The notes under the pieces are model-generated. The model did not search any database. It was given only the letters and a program-made list of their open reading frames with translations, and was not told the origin of the DNA. This document shows, piece by piece, positions 35,406 through 48,314 of a stretch of DNA of 64,000 nt. How positions within the stretch are numbered: the first letter of the stretch is position 1; every line of letters begins with the position of its first letter. The stretch is from the NCBI RefSeq assembly GCF_001194135.2, contig NC_069001.1, positions 21,938,984 through 22,002,983 of the forward strand, given 5' to 3'. This DNA is from Octopus bimaculoides. Taxonomy: Eukaryota. Position numbers and translations under genes: made by a program.

Positions 35406-36485
35406 TTGGCAGTCAACATATATAAACATCTGGTGAGGAGAAAATACGAAAGAAATTATGAGTTTTTCGAACCTAATTTCGTGATTCGTATCAACTGAAA
35501 GAGTGGAAAATAATATATTTGCCTGTGAATCATATATTTACGGTCACACCAAAGTTTCATATATTTAAATGCATACATTGATACATATACAGAGTCCACC
35601 CCTACACACAGGCACCGGTGCGCATCCACACACACACGCGCACACACACACATACACACACACACACACACTCACACACACACACATGCTCACACACACA
35701 CAGATTCTGAATGGTTTGTAACTATGTGCGTGTGTGTTTGTATGTAAACACACACACGCAGACACACACATATATGTATATGTAAATATATTTGTGTACA
35801 TGTAAATGTATGTATTTCTATATATACTTATGCATGTATATGTATATATGTACGCATACTTATATGTGGGTTTATGTGTGTGTGAGTGTGTTGCTTAATA
35901 TTTCTACTTGTATTTCAGTAAAGCTGTATAGCATATTAGTTTCTATTGCTGTAGGCTATGTGTTCATTGTGTTCTTTGGTAGAAATCTTCAAAAGAGCAT
36001 AAATTCTTGTCGTGTTTTGAGATACATCCATTCATAATTTATAGATCTGAGCAGAGAATAGACCTAACTTTGTTGAAACTCTTTGCTGGAGATTGCCTAT
36101 GAACAAAGGGAATTGATTCGAATATGAGCTATAGAGACATGCTGCTGGCGCTCTTAGTTATTTCCCGTAGCTAATTTTCCCTAAATCTATATAAATGATC
36201 AACACCATGAATGTGATCTACTCGTTTTTGTATGTTTCGTTCCTTTTGGAAAGGAGACAAGGTAGGACAATTGTTGTGCTGTTGAGGGATCTTATGGTCT
36301 AAACAAGTGTTCCCAACTGTCCTCTAATCGACAGTGAGTGAGTCTGACATTTTCCTAAGTGACATGTCCACTTAGTAGAATTCCTGATTGCAAAAATTAT
36401 CTGCATTTCTCATATGTTGCCGTTCTAACTTGCAATTTGGTTCAAACTAGGAAACCATCGACTTCTGCCTATACCAAAGTCAGAG

Positions 36486-37420
36486 GTGAGTGAATCTGAA
36501 AACAAAGTCGTTCCGCTTGAACGCATACAGGCTTTAGAAGATACAAACAAAGAATTACAGACAGCGTTTACTACTATAAACACTGCCTCTACCACTGCCG
36601 CCATCAGTACTGCCATCACCACCACAGCCAATACGAACGCACAAAGCAATTTTGCCGCAGTTTTAAAGCTAAAGAAACGAAAGAAGAACTGCTTGCTTGT
36701 AAGTCAATGTTTAAAAAAGACGAACACATCATACAACTGCAAAAACCACAAAGAAGAAGTTAAAAAAAAAAAACAATTATTTACAAGACAACCTAAAAAC
36801 AAAACTTTATGAAACTGCCACCCAACAAACAGCAGAAAAATATTTAAGGCCTATATGGGCCTTTAAAGACTACATAAACCAAGGGGAAAAATTGCCACGA
36901 TCGAAGTTAGATTCAACAGTGAAGAACGAGGCAAGGACCTCTCCACAAAGTCTTTCGAATACGAGAACTTAATGATGATCCCTAGATACCTTGGTCGTCG
37001 GGTCACAAAAATAAAAATCAAAGATGTCACCCCCGCTGAGATAGAAATGAAATGGCTTGTGTCTGCTATTTGCGACGGTATCGAGGAAGCAATCCATATC
37101 TTGGGAATCACTGTCCTGGACCAGCCAAATTGAATTGGTCAAGGAGTGGAAATCCTTGCTCAAATTGATCCAATCAACATGGAAAGAATTCCACATCAAA
37201 TCAAACTGGCAGACGATTCGAATTTGCATGTGGCCGTCGAAGGCAGAAGGTCACGTTGCAACGTTTGTGGTAGCAAATCACACCTGAAAATCAATTGTCC
37301 ACTAGCACAGAAACAACAACAACAAGATCAAGAACAACAAAAACAACCACAGCAAGAAAATCAAAAACCAAGAAAAGAACCAGCACTGCTACCCACATAG
37401 CCATATGCACAACTGATAAA
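36486..37420 (+). pseudogene. LINE ORF1 (gag-like, frameshifted)
   Basis: VAVEGRRSRCNVCGSKSHLKINCP zinc knuckle, preceded by a coiled-coil/low-complexity N-terminus. Confidence 0.8.
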
Positions 37421-38010
37421 ACAGCTCTACAAGTAAATGAAGGAACATCAGAAACCAACAAGCCAGCCTAACCAAACGACACTACCATCAGCGCCACCAA
37501 GAACAGAAACAACAACATCACCACCACCAACAACAACAACTCCAAAGGAAAAAGAGAAAACCAAAAGGACTCATACCTCACACCCAAGAACCCATAAACC
37601 ACATCCCAATTGTCACCGACCAGCACCAAAACCAACAAAAAAATGAACACACGCAGAAATAGATCCCAACACCCTTCCCGTCTCCCTTCTGATTCATCCG
37701 ACGTGTCATCAGATGAAGGCGACAGAGAGGATTGGCAAGTGGCCACAGGGAGAAAGAGAAAAAGGCGGGGGAAAAAGGAATAGAGAAGCAGACAAACGAA
37801 GCAGGGAGGTTTACCGCTCCTGAAACCCAAATACCCGTACAAAACACAAACATACTAACACCAAATACCTCTCTAAAAAAACTGCACAAAAACCTGGGAA
37901 AAACTGTGAGGTGAAGGACAATCAACTTTCGGACAAAAAGTGACTCTCTCTCTCTCTCTCTTTTTCTTTCGTCTTCCTTTTGTGTGTAAAACACAACATT
38001 CGATAGCAAC

Positions 38011-41000
38011 ATGCTCAAAATAGGTAGTATAAATGTATGTGTCTTAGGATCGCCTTGGAAACAAGGCTACCTGTTAAATGACATCAAGTCACAGAATGTG
38101 CATATCATAGCCATCAGCGAGACCAGACTCCACAACCCGCGGGACCTCCAACGCATGTTCGGCGGACATTTCGACATATATTTTTCTCCGTCTCTGCCGT
38201 GAATGGGTGGAGGTGGCAACTCGGTGCTTCTTCGGAAGTGTCTGGATTTCAAAGTAAGAGCAATTTTCCTAGACCTGGAGGGTAGGCTGGTTGTCTTGGA
38301 TGTCGATGGCAGTAATGGGAGTGCTTTTCAATTGATAACAGTTTATGCACCGTCCTTAACAGGTCGGGCAGATTTCTTTCGACGTCTTGAGGTTTTCCTG
38401 GGAACGTCTCGACCTATACTTTTAGTGGGGTTAGGGTTAACGCTACCTTGGAAACGCATCTAGATTACGTGCGCAGAGATAGTAATGGGAGGGGACGTAA
38501 ATGACTGAAAGACCTGCTCAGACGTTTCCAACTGTCTGACAGGTACCTACTAGGCCACCCGAATGTGCCAATGTGGACATTGAGCAACCGCATCGGGTCG
38601 TACAGATCGTATTTATATAGAGTATTCTGTAGGAGAGTCGATAAGGATAGTGTAAGCTGTCCACAGGTCCATATAGTCAGCTACACAGACCACAATTTTG
38701 TGACTTGTACACTTGACTTAGATAAGACACATAGGCAGGTCCCGGTTATTGAAAGCTTCCGCATTAGTGGCTCTAGAGTCAATACGTACAGAAGCGACGA
38801 GAGGGGGCCTCATTGACGAACCGAACGGCACGCCAGGCTCACAGGGACTGGATTAGCACATTAGTTAAGAAAGCATTGACAGGCGCAATCGTCAACAATA
38901 GATGGTGGTATGCCCTAAAGAAAGCGATTAAAGCAGAATCGGTTAGGTACAGTAAGGTCCTAACATGAGGCCGAAATAGACCAGACGGAGACCTAGTTAA
39001 GAAATTAGAAGATGCACTTAGAAGTGACATCGCGTCCAACGTACTGGCAGCGAGGTTGGCCCTCGACCAACACTTCAACGCCAAACACGAAAGGTGCTTT
39101 GTCAGAGTTAGGATGCGTGCACTGAGAAACGAAGTAGTTGGATCCGTCCGAGACGCCCGAGTGGTGGAGACGCATCGAGGCAACAAAGCCACCATTAGGT
39201 CTCTGACATGAGCAGAGGCACGAATTACTCAAGACCGAAAGGATGTGTGAAGCCTTTCAACAACACTTTGCCCGACTGTTCGGGACAACTGGGGGGTCAG
39301 AACGCAAAGTGTACTTTAGTGCCTACCTGCATATCCTGCCACGACTCTCGACAAGAACGGCAGAGTGTTGTGAAAGATCGACCACAGCCGCAGACGTACG
39401 GGATGCGATGGCAGGCTGTGCTGGAGACAAGTCGCCAGGCTCGGATGGTCTGCCCTACGAACTTTATTCTCATATGCCAGATTTGTTTGGAGGCGACTTG
39501 GCAGCAGTCTACTCTAACTGGCAGCAAAACGGGAGTTTCCAGTTTCTGTGAAGCGAGGAGCAGTAGCAATGCTAAAGAAAGATCCAAACAATGGGAACGT
39601 CAAAGGTAACTCAACGCAGATTTGAAGATTTTGGCCAAGGTGTTAGCCGAGTGGTTGCCGCTTGTCATCTAGAAACTGGTCGACAAGGCACAAACGTGCG
39701 CCGTGCTGGGCAGGAGTATCCACGACACCCTCCATCTAATGAGCTACATCATAGACAAGGTAGTTAAGGAAACTCTTATGGGTGGGGCGCTGATTAATTT
39801 TGATCAATCAAAAGCTTTCGATAGGGTAGACCATCGCTACTTGGAGGCTGTCCTTAAAGTGAGTGGTTTCGGTCCTATCTTCCGCGGTTGGATCGCTGTC
39901 TTACACAGCGGTATCCGCTCTGTAGTTTGCGTAAATGGTCATCTCTCCTGGCCATTTAACATCACGCGTTTGGTTCGTCAAGTAGGCTCCCTCTCGTCGC
40001 TTCTGTATGAAGAACTGGGACGAGATAACGAGTAGGGAGGCTACTCTCACCCAGCAATGGGCAGAGAGGAAGCTATCCCTAAAAGGTCGAGCGGAGGTGG
40101 CGAACACGTACATCGCATCCGTCTGACCGACGTGCCTTGTCTCGACCCTACTATCACCAAACTGGGACGCATAGTCTTCCGCCTTTTGTGGAAGTGAAGT
40201 GTTCCGATAGTTAGGCGATCCATTTGCTGTCAACACCCGTTAAATGGAGCGCTGAGGATGCAGTGGGTGATCATGCACAGACATGCGCTGAGACTACGAC
40301 ATCTCCGGTGCTTCATAGACGACGGTGAACAGGTGTGGTCGCCGTTTGTGAGGCGCGCTTTTCCGCAGCTCGTCTCTTTTGCCGAACTGCAGTCGTGGAT
40401 CAAACAGAGACCGTGGCTAGGCGAATGGCACCACGAGTGTCACATTGTTCTCAAGCAACTCTGCTGCCCAGGACCAAACTTGTGCCACTTCAGTTCTACA
40501 AAGGCGTTCTATAGAGGATTAGTGGAGGGGAAATGCGACGACGTTCTTGGGGAGAATTTGGGCGTCGACGAGGAACACCTGACTCGCCTGTTCAGGAATA
40601 CTTTCGGGCCGGGACCTATGGACAATCACCAGAGATCCCTGGCCTGGCAGTGCTATCGAGAAGCATTGCCTGTTCGGGATAAACTGTACAGGCACGGTTC
40701 GAGACACACCGGACCGACTTGCACGAGATACAGTCAGAGCAACGAAACCGTTCTGCACGCACTCGTGCATTGTCCAACCATTTCGGACCTGTGGGCTTGT
40801 GCCGAACGGCTACTGTCATGTGTGGGACGAATTCGGTTGTCGGCCGAGTCTCTGGTGAAACTTGCTCCGCCACCTTCCCTTAACAAGGCTGTCTTCATCG
40901 TACTGGTGGCCATGGTGAAAGAATGTATGTGGTGGACTCGAGCGAAAGGTTTAGAGAAAAACACTTACCTCTCTGGCCAATCTCTCATCAACTTTTTCAA

Positions 41001-41076
41001 ATACCACTTGAAAAGGAAGGTAAGAATAGAGAGGAAAGTTTTTTTTCTCGTGAAAAATTCAATAAAAGGTGGGTGA
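38011..41076 (+). pseudogene. LINE ORF2 (APE-RT-zf), disrupted and missing the YxDD region
   Basis: Motifs as above. Near 40008, RT motif B' (RQ.G.LS.LLY) joins directly to post-RT sequence (...KLSLKGRAEVANTYI). Confidence 0.88.
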
Positions 41077-41423
41077 ATGTCGCAAAGATGGTACGCGCGA
41101 ATGACGAAACCACTTTGAGCACGATCCTGTAAATCGGAAAAAGAGAGAGAGCACTTTGCTCTCTTGTGTTGTTTCTCTCCCTGCCTGAGGTTACTGTGAT
41201 CTTTTACGTAGGCTTTTCTTTCCACGAATAAACCTAATCTGTTTTTTAAATTTTTGATCTTTCCTGTAATACACGATCCCTTTTGATCGCATTTTTCAGT
41301 GGTTTTCACGATGCCCTTGATCGGAAATTTATTTTGCCCCCCTTTTTTTTCTTCGAAAAGGGAAGCTCTACATTGTATTTTCTCCCCTCTGCGTTCGGCT
41401 CTGAGTGGCAAATAAAGAACGTC

Positions 41424-41497
<74 letters not shown>

Positions 41498-41645
41498 ATG
41501 TCAGTCTATCTGCGTATCTGACTGTCTATCTGTCTGTCTGACTGTCTATCTGTCTGTCTGACTGTCTATCTGTCTATCTGTCTGTCTATGTATGTATGTA
41601 TGTATGTATGTATGTATGTATGTATGTATCTATCTATCTATCTAT
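41424..41645. repeat. Compound (ATCT)n/(GTCT)n/(ATGT)n tetranucleotide array at LINE 3' end
   Basis: Directly visible. Confidence 0.97.
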
Positions 41646-42255
41646 ATTACAGTTATAGTATCACTTTATATATATTATAGATGTAATGAGAGTAATTTTG
41701 AAATTATTAGGCGTCACGAAAGAATTCTATTAATAGCATTTCATAGGTTTATATGATGCGTGAATTATATGTTTTTCCAATTCATGATATTCCATTGAAG
41801 ACAGAGATATTTTCATGAGCATGTTGGTAATACTGGTTTATAAAACCCAAATTTTATGTATACATAGAACGAATTTTATTTCAGTTTCACAAGTTTAATG
41901 TATGCGTCCTTTAATATGAAAACGATGAAACTGAAGTAATTTTGATGCAAACTATAGATATATATATATATATCGTAGGATGTAAATCTCTGTCACTAGA
42001 AATGACTCTGCAGTTGTTCAAAGGAATGAGGGAATAGGAGACTGTGTAGGCAAGAGCGAATCCATCGTATTCTTTTATTTATTTATTTATTTATTTTCTA
42101 ACTTTTTATGGAATGAAATTGGCATCGCTATGACGTCAATATAATGTAGACTCTCATATACACTTAGATGTGTGGTCGTATACATACATACATACATACA
42201 TATATATAAAATGTATATAAAATGTATATATATATATATATATATTTAATATATA

Positions 42256-42648
42256 GGCGTAGGAGTGGCTGTGTGGTAAGTAGCTTGCTTACCAACCACA
42301 TGGTCCCAGATTCAGTCCCACTGCGTGGCATCTTGGGCAAGTGTCTTCTACTATAGCCTCGGGCCGACCAAAGCCTTGTGAGTAGATTTGGTAGACGGAA
42401 ACTGAAAGAAGCCCGTCGTATATATGTATATATATGTATGTGTTTGTGTGTCTGTGTTTGTCCCCCCAACATCGCTTGACCACCGATGGTGGTGTGTTTA
42501 CGTCCCCGTAACTTAGCGGTTCGGCAAAAGTGACCGATAGAATAAGTACTAGGCTTCTAAAGAATAAGTCCTGGGGTCGATTTGCTCGACTAAAGGCGGT
42601 GCTCCAGCATGGCCACAGTCAAAAGACTGAAACAAGTAAAGGAGTAAA

Positions 42649-42651
<3 letters not shown>
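42256..42651 (+). mobile_element. tRNA-derived SINE family B, near full length, young
   Basis: A box 'tggctgtgtgg', B box-like 'gattcagtccc', CORE-like 'tggcatcttgggcaagtgtctt', an internal TA/TG microsatellite and a gagtaaaaga tail. Confidence 0.92.
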
Positions 42652-42700
<49 letters not shown>

Positions 42701-43294
42701 TTAGCAGTTGTAGTAACCAACTAAGGGATAAAATATCCGTATGTACTATCAGTATCCGTTACCTGTGTTATCTCTGGGAAATGTTGTGTAGGAACACCAT
42801 ATACGTCGGGCGCAGGTGACAATAGGATAAAGAAAAGTTTATCAGGAACCAATGCAAATAATTAGAAAATGGAGAGAAACATAGATTAACCAGTATATCG
42901 ATAGGACCCCTTTTAAAGCTTGTTTATTAATACAAAGCAAGACACAACAAAGCTAACAGGCGTTTATGATAAAAATTCCCAGAATGCAGTCTATACATAA
43001 ATGCGAAAATAAAATTCTTCATCTTCATAGGGCATTCGAATTAAGGCAACCAATCTTCATCAGAATGAAAAACAAGAGCATACAATATAAACAAAAGGGA
43101 GATGGAAGAGGTAAGAAAACATGGTTTAAACAAATAATCTCAATCCCAATATGTTAAGTGCACATAATTATTTACCATCCGAGCTCAAAGAATGTAGATG
43201 ACAGAAATATATATATATATACAAAGTGAGAAAGAGAAGGGGAAGGAGAAAAAGAGATAGATAGATAGAGACTCATATTTTATGCAATGTATTA

Positions 43295-43431
43295 ATTTCG
43301 AATTTTGGCACATGACCAACAATTTCGGAGAGAGGGTAAGTCGAATACGTCTACCCCAGTCGACTCCGAAAGGATGAAAGGCAAAGTCGACCACGGCGGA
43401 GTTTGATCTCAGAACGTGAAGACGGCGAAAT
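43295..43431 (-). mobile_element. SINE family A variant with internal deletion and (TATC)n 3' extension
   Basis: Shares the diagnostic junction 'tacgtctaccccagtcgac' and the 3' flank with 47419-47495. Confidence 0.75.
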
Positions 43432-44242
43432 GATGTTTATGCAATATATTAAAACTGTATATATACTATACATATAAATACACACAAATATATATAATAT
43501 CAGTGCGTGTGTGTGGACTGTGTACTAAGCGAGCTTCTGGATGTAATATACCAAACTTATTCGATACCCTCATTACTCTTTTAAAAGCAAATACTATTTA
43601 TATAAAAGAAGTACCCATGTTTATAAATATTTTTATCATAAATCTAATCGATGAAAGGTAATCCCTTGCACAACTAAGACAGTGTTTCTGAGTAGCACTT
43701 AACTGAAGGGCCGTGTCTCTCCCACCACCCCTCAATCTCAAAGTACGAAACTATAGTCTTGAAGCTAGTAAACAAAGCTGTCAAATATCTCTCAGGTCGC
43801 ACAGTTATGATCTGCAGCGCACACATGTGTAGTTTCAGCCAATAACAACCTTCGTGTATATATGGAAGAATATATATTAGCGACTGAGGCAGTATTAATA
43901 CAGAGAGGCGTTTGTCCCAACTGAAACGTTGATGTTCTGTTAGAACAGATTATAATTATGTAGACACCACGAGAAAAACTCTCGTATTGCCTTTTGGTAC
44001 AAAATGCAATCTTGTTTATATCACAAACAGGGAGATAAATCTCCGCCAAGAGAACAACCACGTTCGCGTTTACTGGGATAAATGGAAGAATATACTGGGG
44101 TTTCCATCACTCCACATATACTACAAATGCGTAAATTCTTGCAAGTGAACGCTCAGAGTTATTTCTTTCCTCATTTATGTTACATACACGCATACACACA
44201 TGCATATATCTGTATATGCATGCGTGTGAGTGCGTGGATATA

Positions 44243-44428
44243 TGTTGAACCACTTGGCAACCGTCGTTGGCTTGGTTACGTCCTTGTAACCTAGCGATTC
44301 GTCGAAAGGAAAATGACAGAATAAGTACCAGCTTTAAAAAAATATTGTGGGGTCGAGTTGTTCGCCAAAATCAATCAAGGCGGTGCTCCACCATGGCCGC
44401 AGTCTAATGACTCAAACAAATAATAAGT
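44243..44428 (+). mobile_element. SINE family B, 3' half
   Basis: cagaataagtacc...ggggtcga...aaggcggtgctcca.catggccgcagtc matches 42500-42630. Confidence 0.8.
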
Positions 44429-44510
44429 GTGTGTGTGTGTGTGTGTGCATGTGCATGCGTGTGCACGTGCGCACATGCATGTGTGCGTGCATATATATAT
44501 ATACTCATAG

Positions 44511-45219
44511 AAGCCGCTTCGCACAGATTGACCTTGAAATCTGTTGTGCATGCGCACTACGTTTTAACGTTGTAGCTCATGCCCGCTGTTTACAGCAGTG
44601 CTTGGAAGGATGGGGTGTAGCATGTGATTGTCGTATTGACTATCACAAAGAAAGTTGTCATGGCGATGCCCGCCCAGAGGCCGACACAAATTTGTAGAAC
44701 GTGTATGAAAAGGAATGTATGAGCCGCATAAAAGATATTGGCGAACGTTCTGGGAGACCCGCAACCAGCAGAACTGAGAAAAACATCACAGATGTGCATG
44801 CAACTGTGAGGGAAATCGTCGAATCACCATCAATGAGTTATCAGAGGATGTGCAGATTAGTTACGGTTCAGTTCACTCCATTATTACTGAAGATTTGAGT
44901 ATGAGAAGTGTGTCTGCCAAAACTGCTTTCAGTTTATCAAAACGATACTCGGGTCTCAGTTGCACAAGATCGTCATTGTGTCAAGAACGATGAAAACTTT
45001 TTGGAACCTTTGCGTAGGTCTTTGAGCCGGTATCGCCAAGCTTTTGGCAAAATTTGATGCAGATTCTCGTCTCAACTCTCTTTGTCATGTTCAATGCGAC
45101 GATCACAAGCAATACATATTCCTTCCAAGCTCTGGTATAAACAGCGGAAGTGAGCTAGAAAGTTAAAACTTAGCGCGCATGCATAGCAGAGTTTAAGGTC
45201 AATCTGTGCCGAGCGGCTT
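44511..45219. mobile_element. Mariner-derived element with two inverted 5' ends
   Basis: Plus strand ERSGRP..RTEKNI...RRITINELSEDVQISYGSVHSIITEDLSMRSVSAK. Minus strand MTKRVETRICIKFCQKLG at ~45020-45100. Arms 44511-44655 and ~45075-45219 are inverted copies. Confidence 0.8.
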
Positions 45220-46086
45220 TACTCTGCGTGCTTCAGCTTCGTTACTATGGCAACAGCTTGTTTATTTATTGATCAGACAACGTATAGTTGCCTACATATG
45301 TAAATATATATTTCTTATATGTTTGCTTGTGTGTATATAATTAAATCATGATTGTGTTCCTCTTTCTTTTTTCATGAAAGATATTCCATAGTTTTCTATG
45401 CGATTTTTATCATTATTTTGAAAGTCTGAAGTTCTAAGCACTGACAGTTGTGCATCTTCTCTTTATTATTTTCTGCGTGAAGTCTTTATTAGCAGCCTTT
45501 GTTATGTGTTTTCAATGTAGACAAGCCTCATTAGAATGCAAAAAAAGAAGTGAATACCATAATAAATTAAATACTAGGCAATAAATGATATCCGAATAAT
45601 TTACGAGACCACACTATAGAGCAGTATAGAAACAAATTGAACTTACTGAATACAATAAACATAAAATAAACTAATCAGACAAAATGTATTATATGAATCA
45701 AATATAGCTTTATGATAGATTAGATTAACGACTTTTAAAAATAATATATAAGCTCACGAAACCTATAGCAATGCGCGTTAAAAGTTTTCATAGACTATCT
45801 ATCATTAATAATATATTACAAAATTCAGAAACATTACAAATCTGGTCGACAACCAAATGTATTGCACTGAGCGGATTCAGGAGAGGAACGTTAGTTACAA
45901 GATGAAATGTAAACTAGAAGTTATAAATGTCATTACAGAGACGTAATTGTTAATATGTATCGTAACTTCTTAACGGATGATACAACATTTACAACAAATT
46001 AGGTTAATATTACATCGAAACTGAAAAACAAAAATAGATGCGCGTGTGTATGTGTTTGTGTGTGTGTGTGTGTGTGGGGTGTATGC

Positions 46087-46117
<31 letters not shown>

Positions 46118-46257
46118 GACACTGGTATATACATATAAATGTACACACGTATCTGTGTGGATGTGTGAATGGAAATTAAGAAAGCATCTATACATTTGTA
46201 CATGTATCTATAATAGGGCTTTATATGAATCTCTTATCTGTTATGTGTTTCAATCAT

Positions 46258-46455
46258 AAGACTGTGGCCATGCTGGAGTACTGCCTTAAATAAGTTTTAG
46301 TTGAGTGTATCGACTACAGTACGTATTTCGTTTCAAAGCGTGGTACTTAGTCTATCGGACTCTGAAACCGAACCGCTATGTTACGGAGACGTAAACACAC
46401 AGGCGCTGGTTGTCAAGCGTTGCGAAGGTAAGAAACACAAACACCAAGACACATA

Positions 46456-46549
<94 letters not shown>

Positions 46550-46725
46550 GACCACTCATATATAGATATATACGATGGGGATCTTTCAGTTTCTGAGTAC
46601 CAAATCCATTCAAACAACTTTGGTCAGCCTGAGGCCAAGGTACCACGCCACTGCGTGGTACCTTGGGCATGAATACTGCGGCTGGGAAGCAAGCTTCTTA
46701 TCACAGAGCCACAGCTGCACCTATA
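46258..46725 (-). mobile_element. SINE family B with expanded internal (CA)n(CT)n and a local inversion
   Basis: Reverse complement aligns to 42256-42651; internal microsatellite at 46458-46548. Confidence 0.85.
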
Positions 46726-47325
46726 AGAGAGATAGGAAACGGAATTCATAAGACTCTTTATACTACAAGGAGTGTATCAGCATATAAAATTATTACTATA
46801 TAAATACAAATAAATGCGTTACATATATGAAAATTATATAGATTACGAGTAGTTTCCACACACACATACACGCGCACATACACAGAGACAAACACACGCA
46901 CACATACATATGCATACGCATATGGCTGTGTGTCTATGTGTATGCATATATGCTGATGTCTGTAGTAATGTAAAATCTTCAAGGGTATATAAGTTTTCAA
47001 TAAATTCCTATTCAATTTTTGAATCTGTAGAGGATCATGTTCCACTTGTCTTTCTAATGCAAATCAACTTGTTGCTGTTAATATTTCTATATTCATAGAC
47101 TGATCGGTTTATACAGAAATATGTTTCGGAATTTTGAAGATCGACGGATGGATAGAGTTATGAGAAAATATAGGTGGAATGTACTGGATTGGTAAGCGCT
47201 AAACGTAAGGAGTGGAATATGAAATACCATTGTTAAAAGTTCTTTGCTTACGAAAATGTTAACGCTTACCTTCGATATTCGATTATCTAAGTTACATCTG
47301 TACAATAATGGGAATTTTCGTGTTG

Positions 47326-47326
<1 letters not shown>

Positions 47327-47385
<59 letters not shown>

Positions 47386-47495
47386 GATAGATAGACACAC
47401 ATATTTTTTGCAATATATTGATTTCAAATTTCGACACAAGGACATTATATTCGGAGAGAGTGTAAATCAAATACGTCTACCCCAGTCGACCGCGG
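47327..47495 (-). mobile_element. 5'-truncated SINE A variant with (TATC)n tail, flanked by 32-bp direct repeats
   Basis: (GATA)n at 47327-47394; direct repeats at 47286-47317 and 47496-47527 (30/32 identical). Confidence 0.7.
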
Positions 47496-47869
47496 TCTAA
47501 GTTACACCTGTACAATAACGGGAATTTCAGTGTGTTGTAATTTAGTCTAAGAAGCCGTTTAAAAAAAATGTGCAAAAGCAATGTGGATTGTGTGGTTTCC
47601 TCACCCAATTACAAATTGAATTAATAATATTTCTACTTTAGCGCTTAGTTACAAATTTCATTATGGCTACATGCTACGTTTGTGTATACGCAATGACGTT
47701 CTATGAAATATGAAGTTATTTATGAGTAAATAATATGTTATTCCACCTCACTCATATTTCAGATTCTTTTTTCTGTCCTAAAAATTATATATATATATAT
47801 ATNNNNNNNNNNNNNNNNNNNNNNNNNNNNNNNNNNNNNNNNNNNNNNNNNNNNNNNNNNNNNNNNTAT

Positions 47870-47983
<114 letters not shown>

Positions 47984-48314
47984 ACTCTTGAGAGAATCCT
48001 TATTGCTTGAATGATATGCACCGAGTTGATTTAACCTGTGATCACGATATTTAGTCGAATAAAGATCCCGTAAAATATTCAGGTTGTACACAGAGAGAAA
48101 GAATACGCCGGTAGGCTTGTTTTCACACCGTTCATGGAGTGTTCTTATATTATTTTGAAATTATATACATCATCTGATAAATACGGTTTCTTGCAATGAT
48201 GTAATGTACTCATTCACCTATTAAAAATCCATAACAAACAGCTGTAATGAACTGACATTTATCCATCGTCTGTTATTATTCATTTGATTATATAATAAAA
48301 AAATAAATATAGTG

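Larger units (their letters stand above)
36420..41424 (+). mobile_element. Near full-length Tx1/L1-clade LINE, pseudogenised
   Basis: ORF1 has a CX2CX4HX4C knuckle. ORF2 has an APE (INV...ISETR), an RT (KSPGSDGLPYELY, DQSKAFDRVDH) and a C-terminal ETVLHAL.HC zinc motif. It ends aataaa + (TATC)n. The 5' boundary is uncertain. Confidence 0.92.

Noticed and set aside
43034-43063. Minus-strand CTGATGA...CGAAT hammerhead core near a weak GIY-YIG-like remnant (42770-42860)
   Set aside because: GAAA is mutated and stems I and III could not be built.
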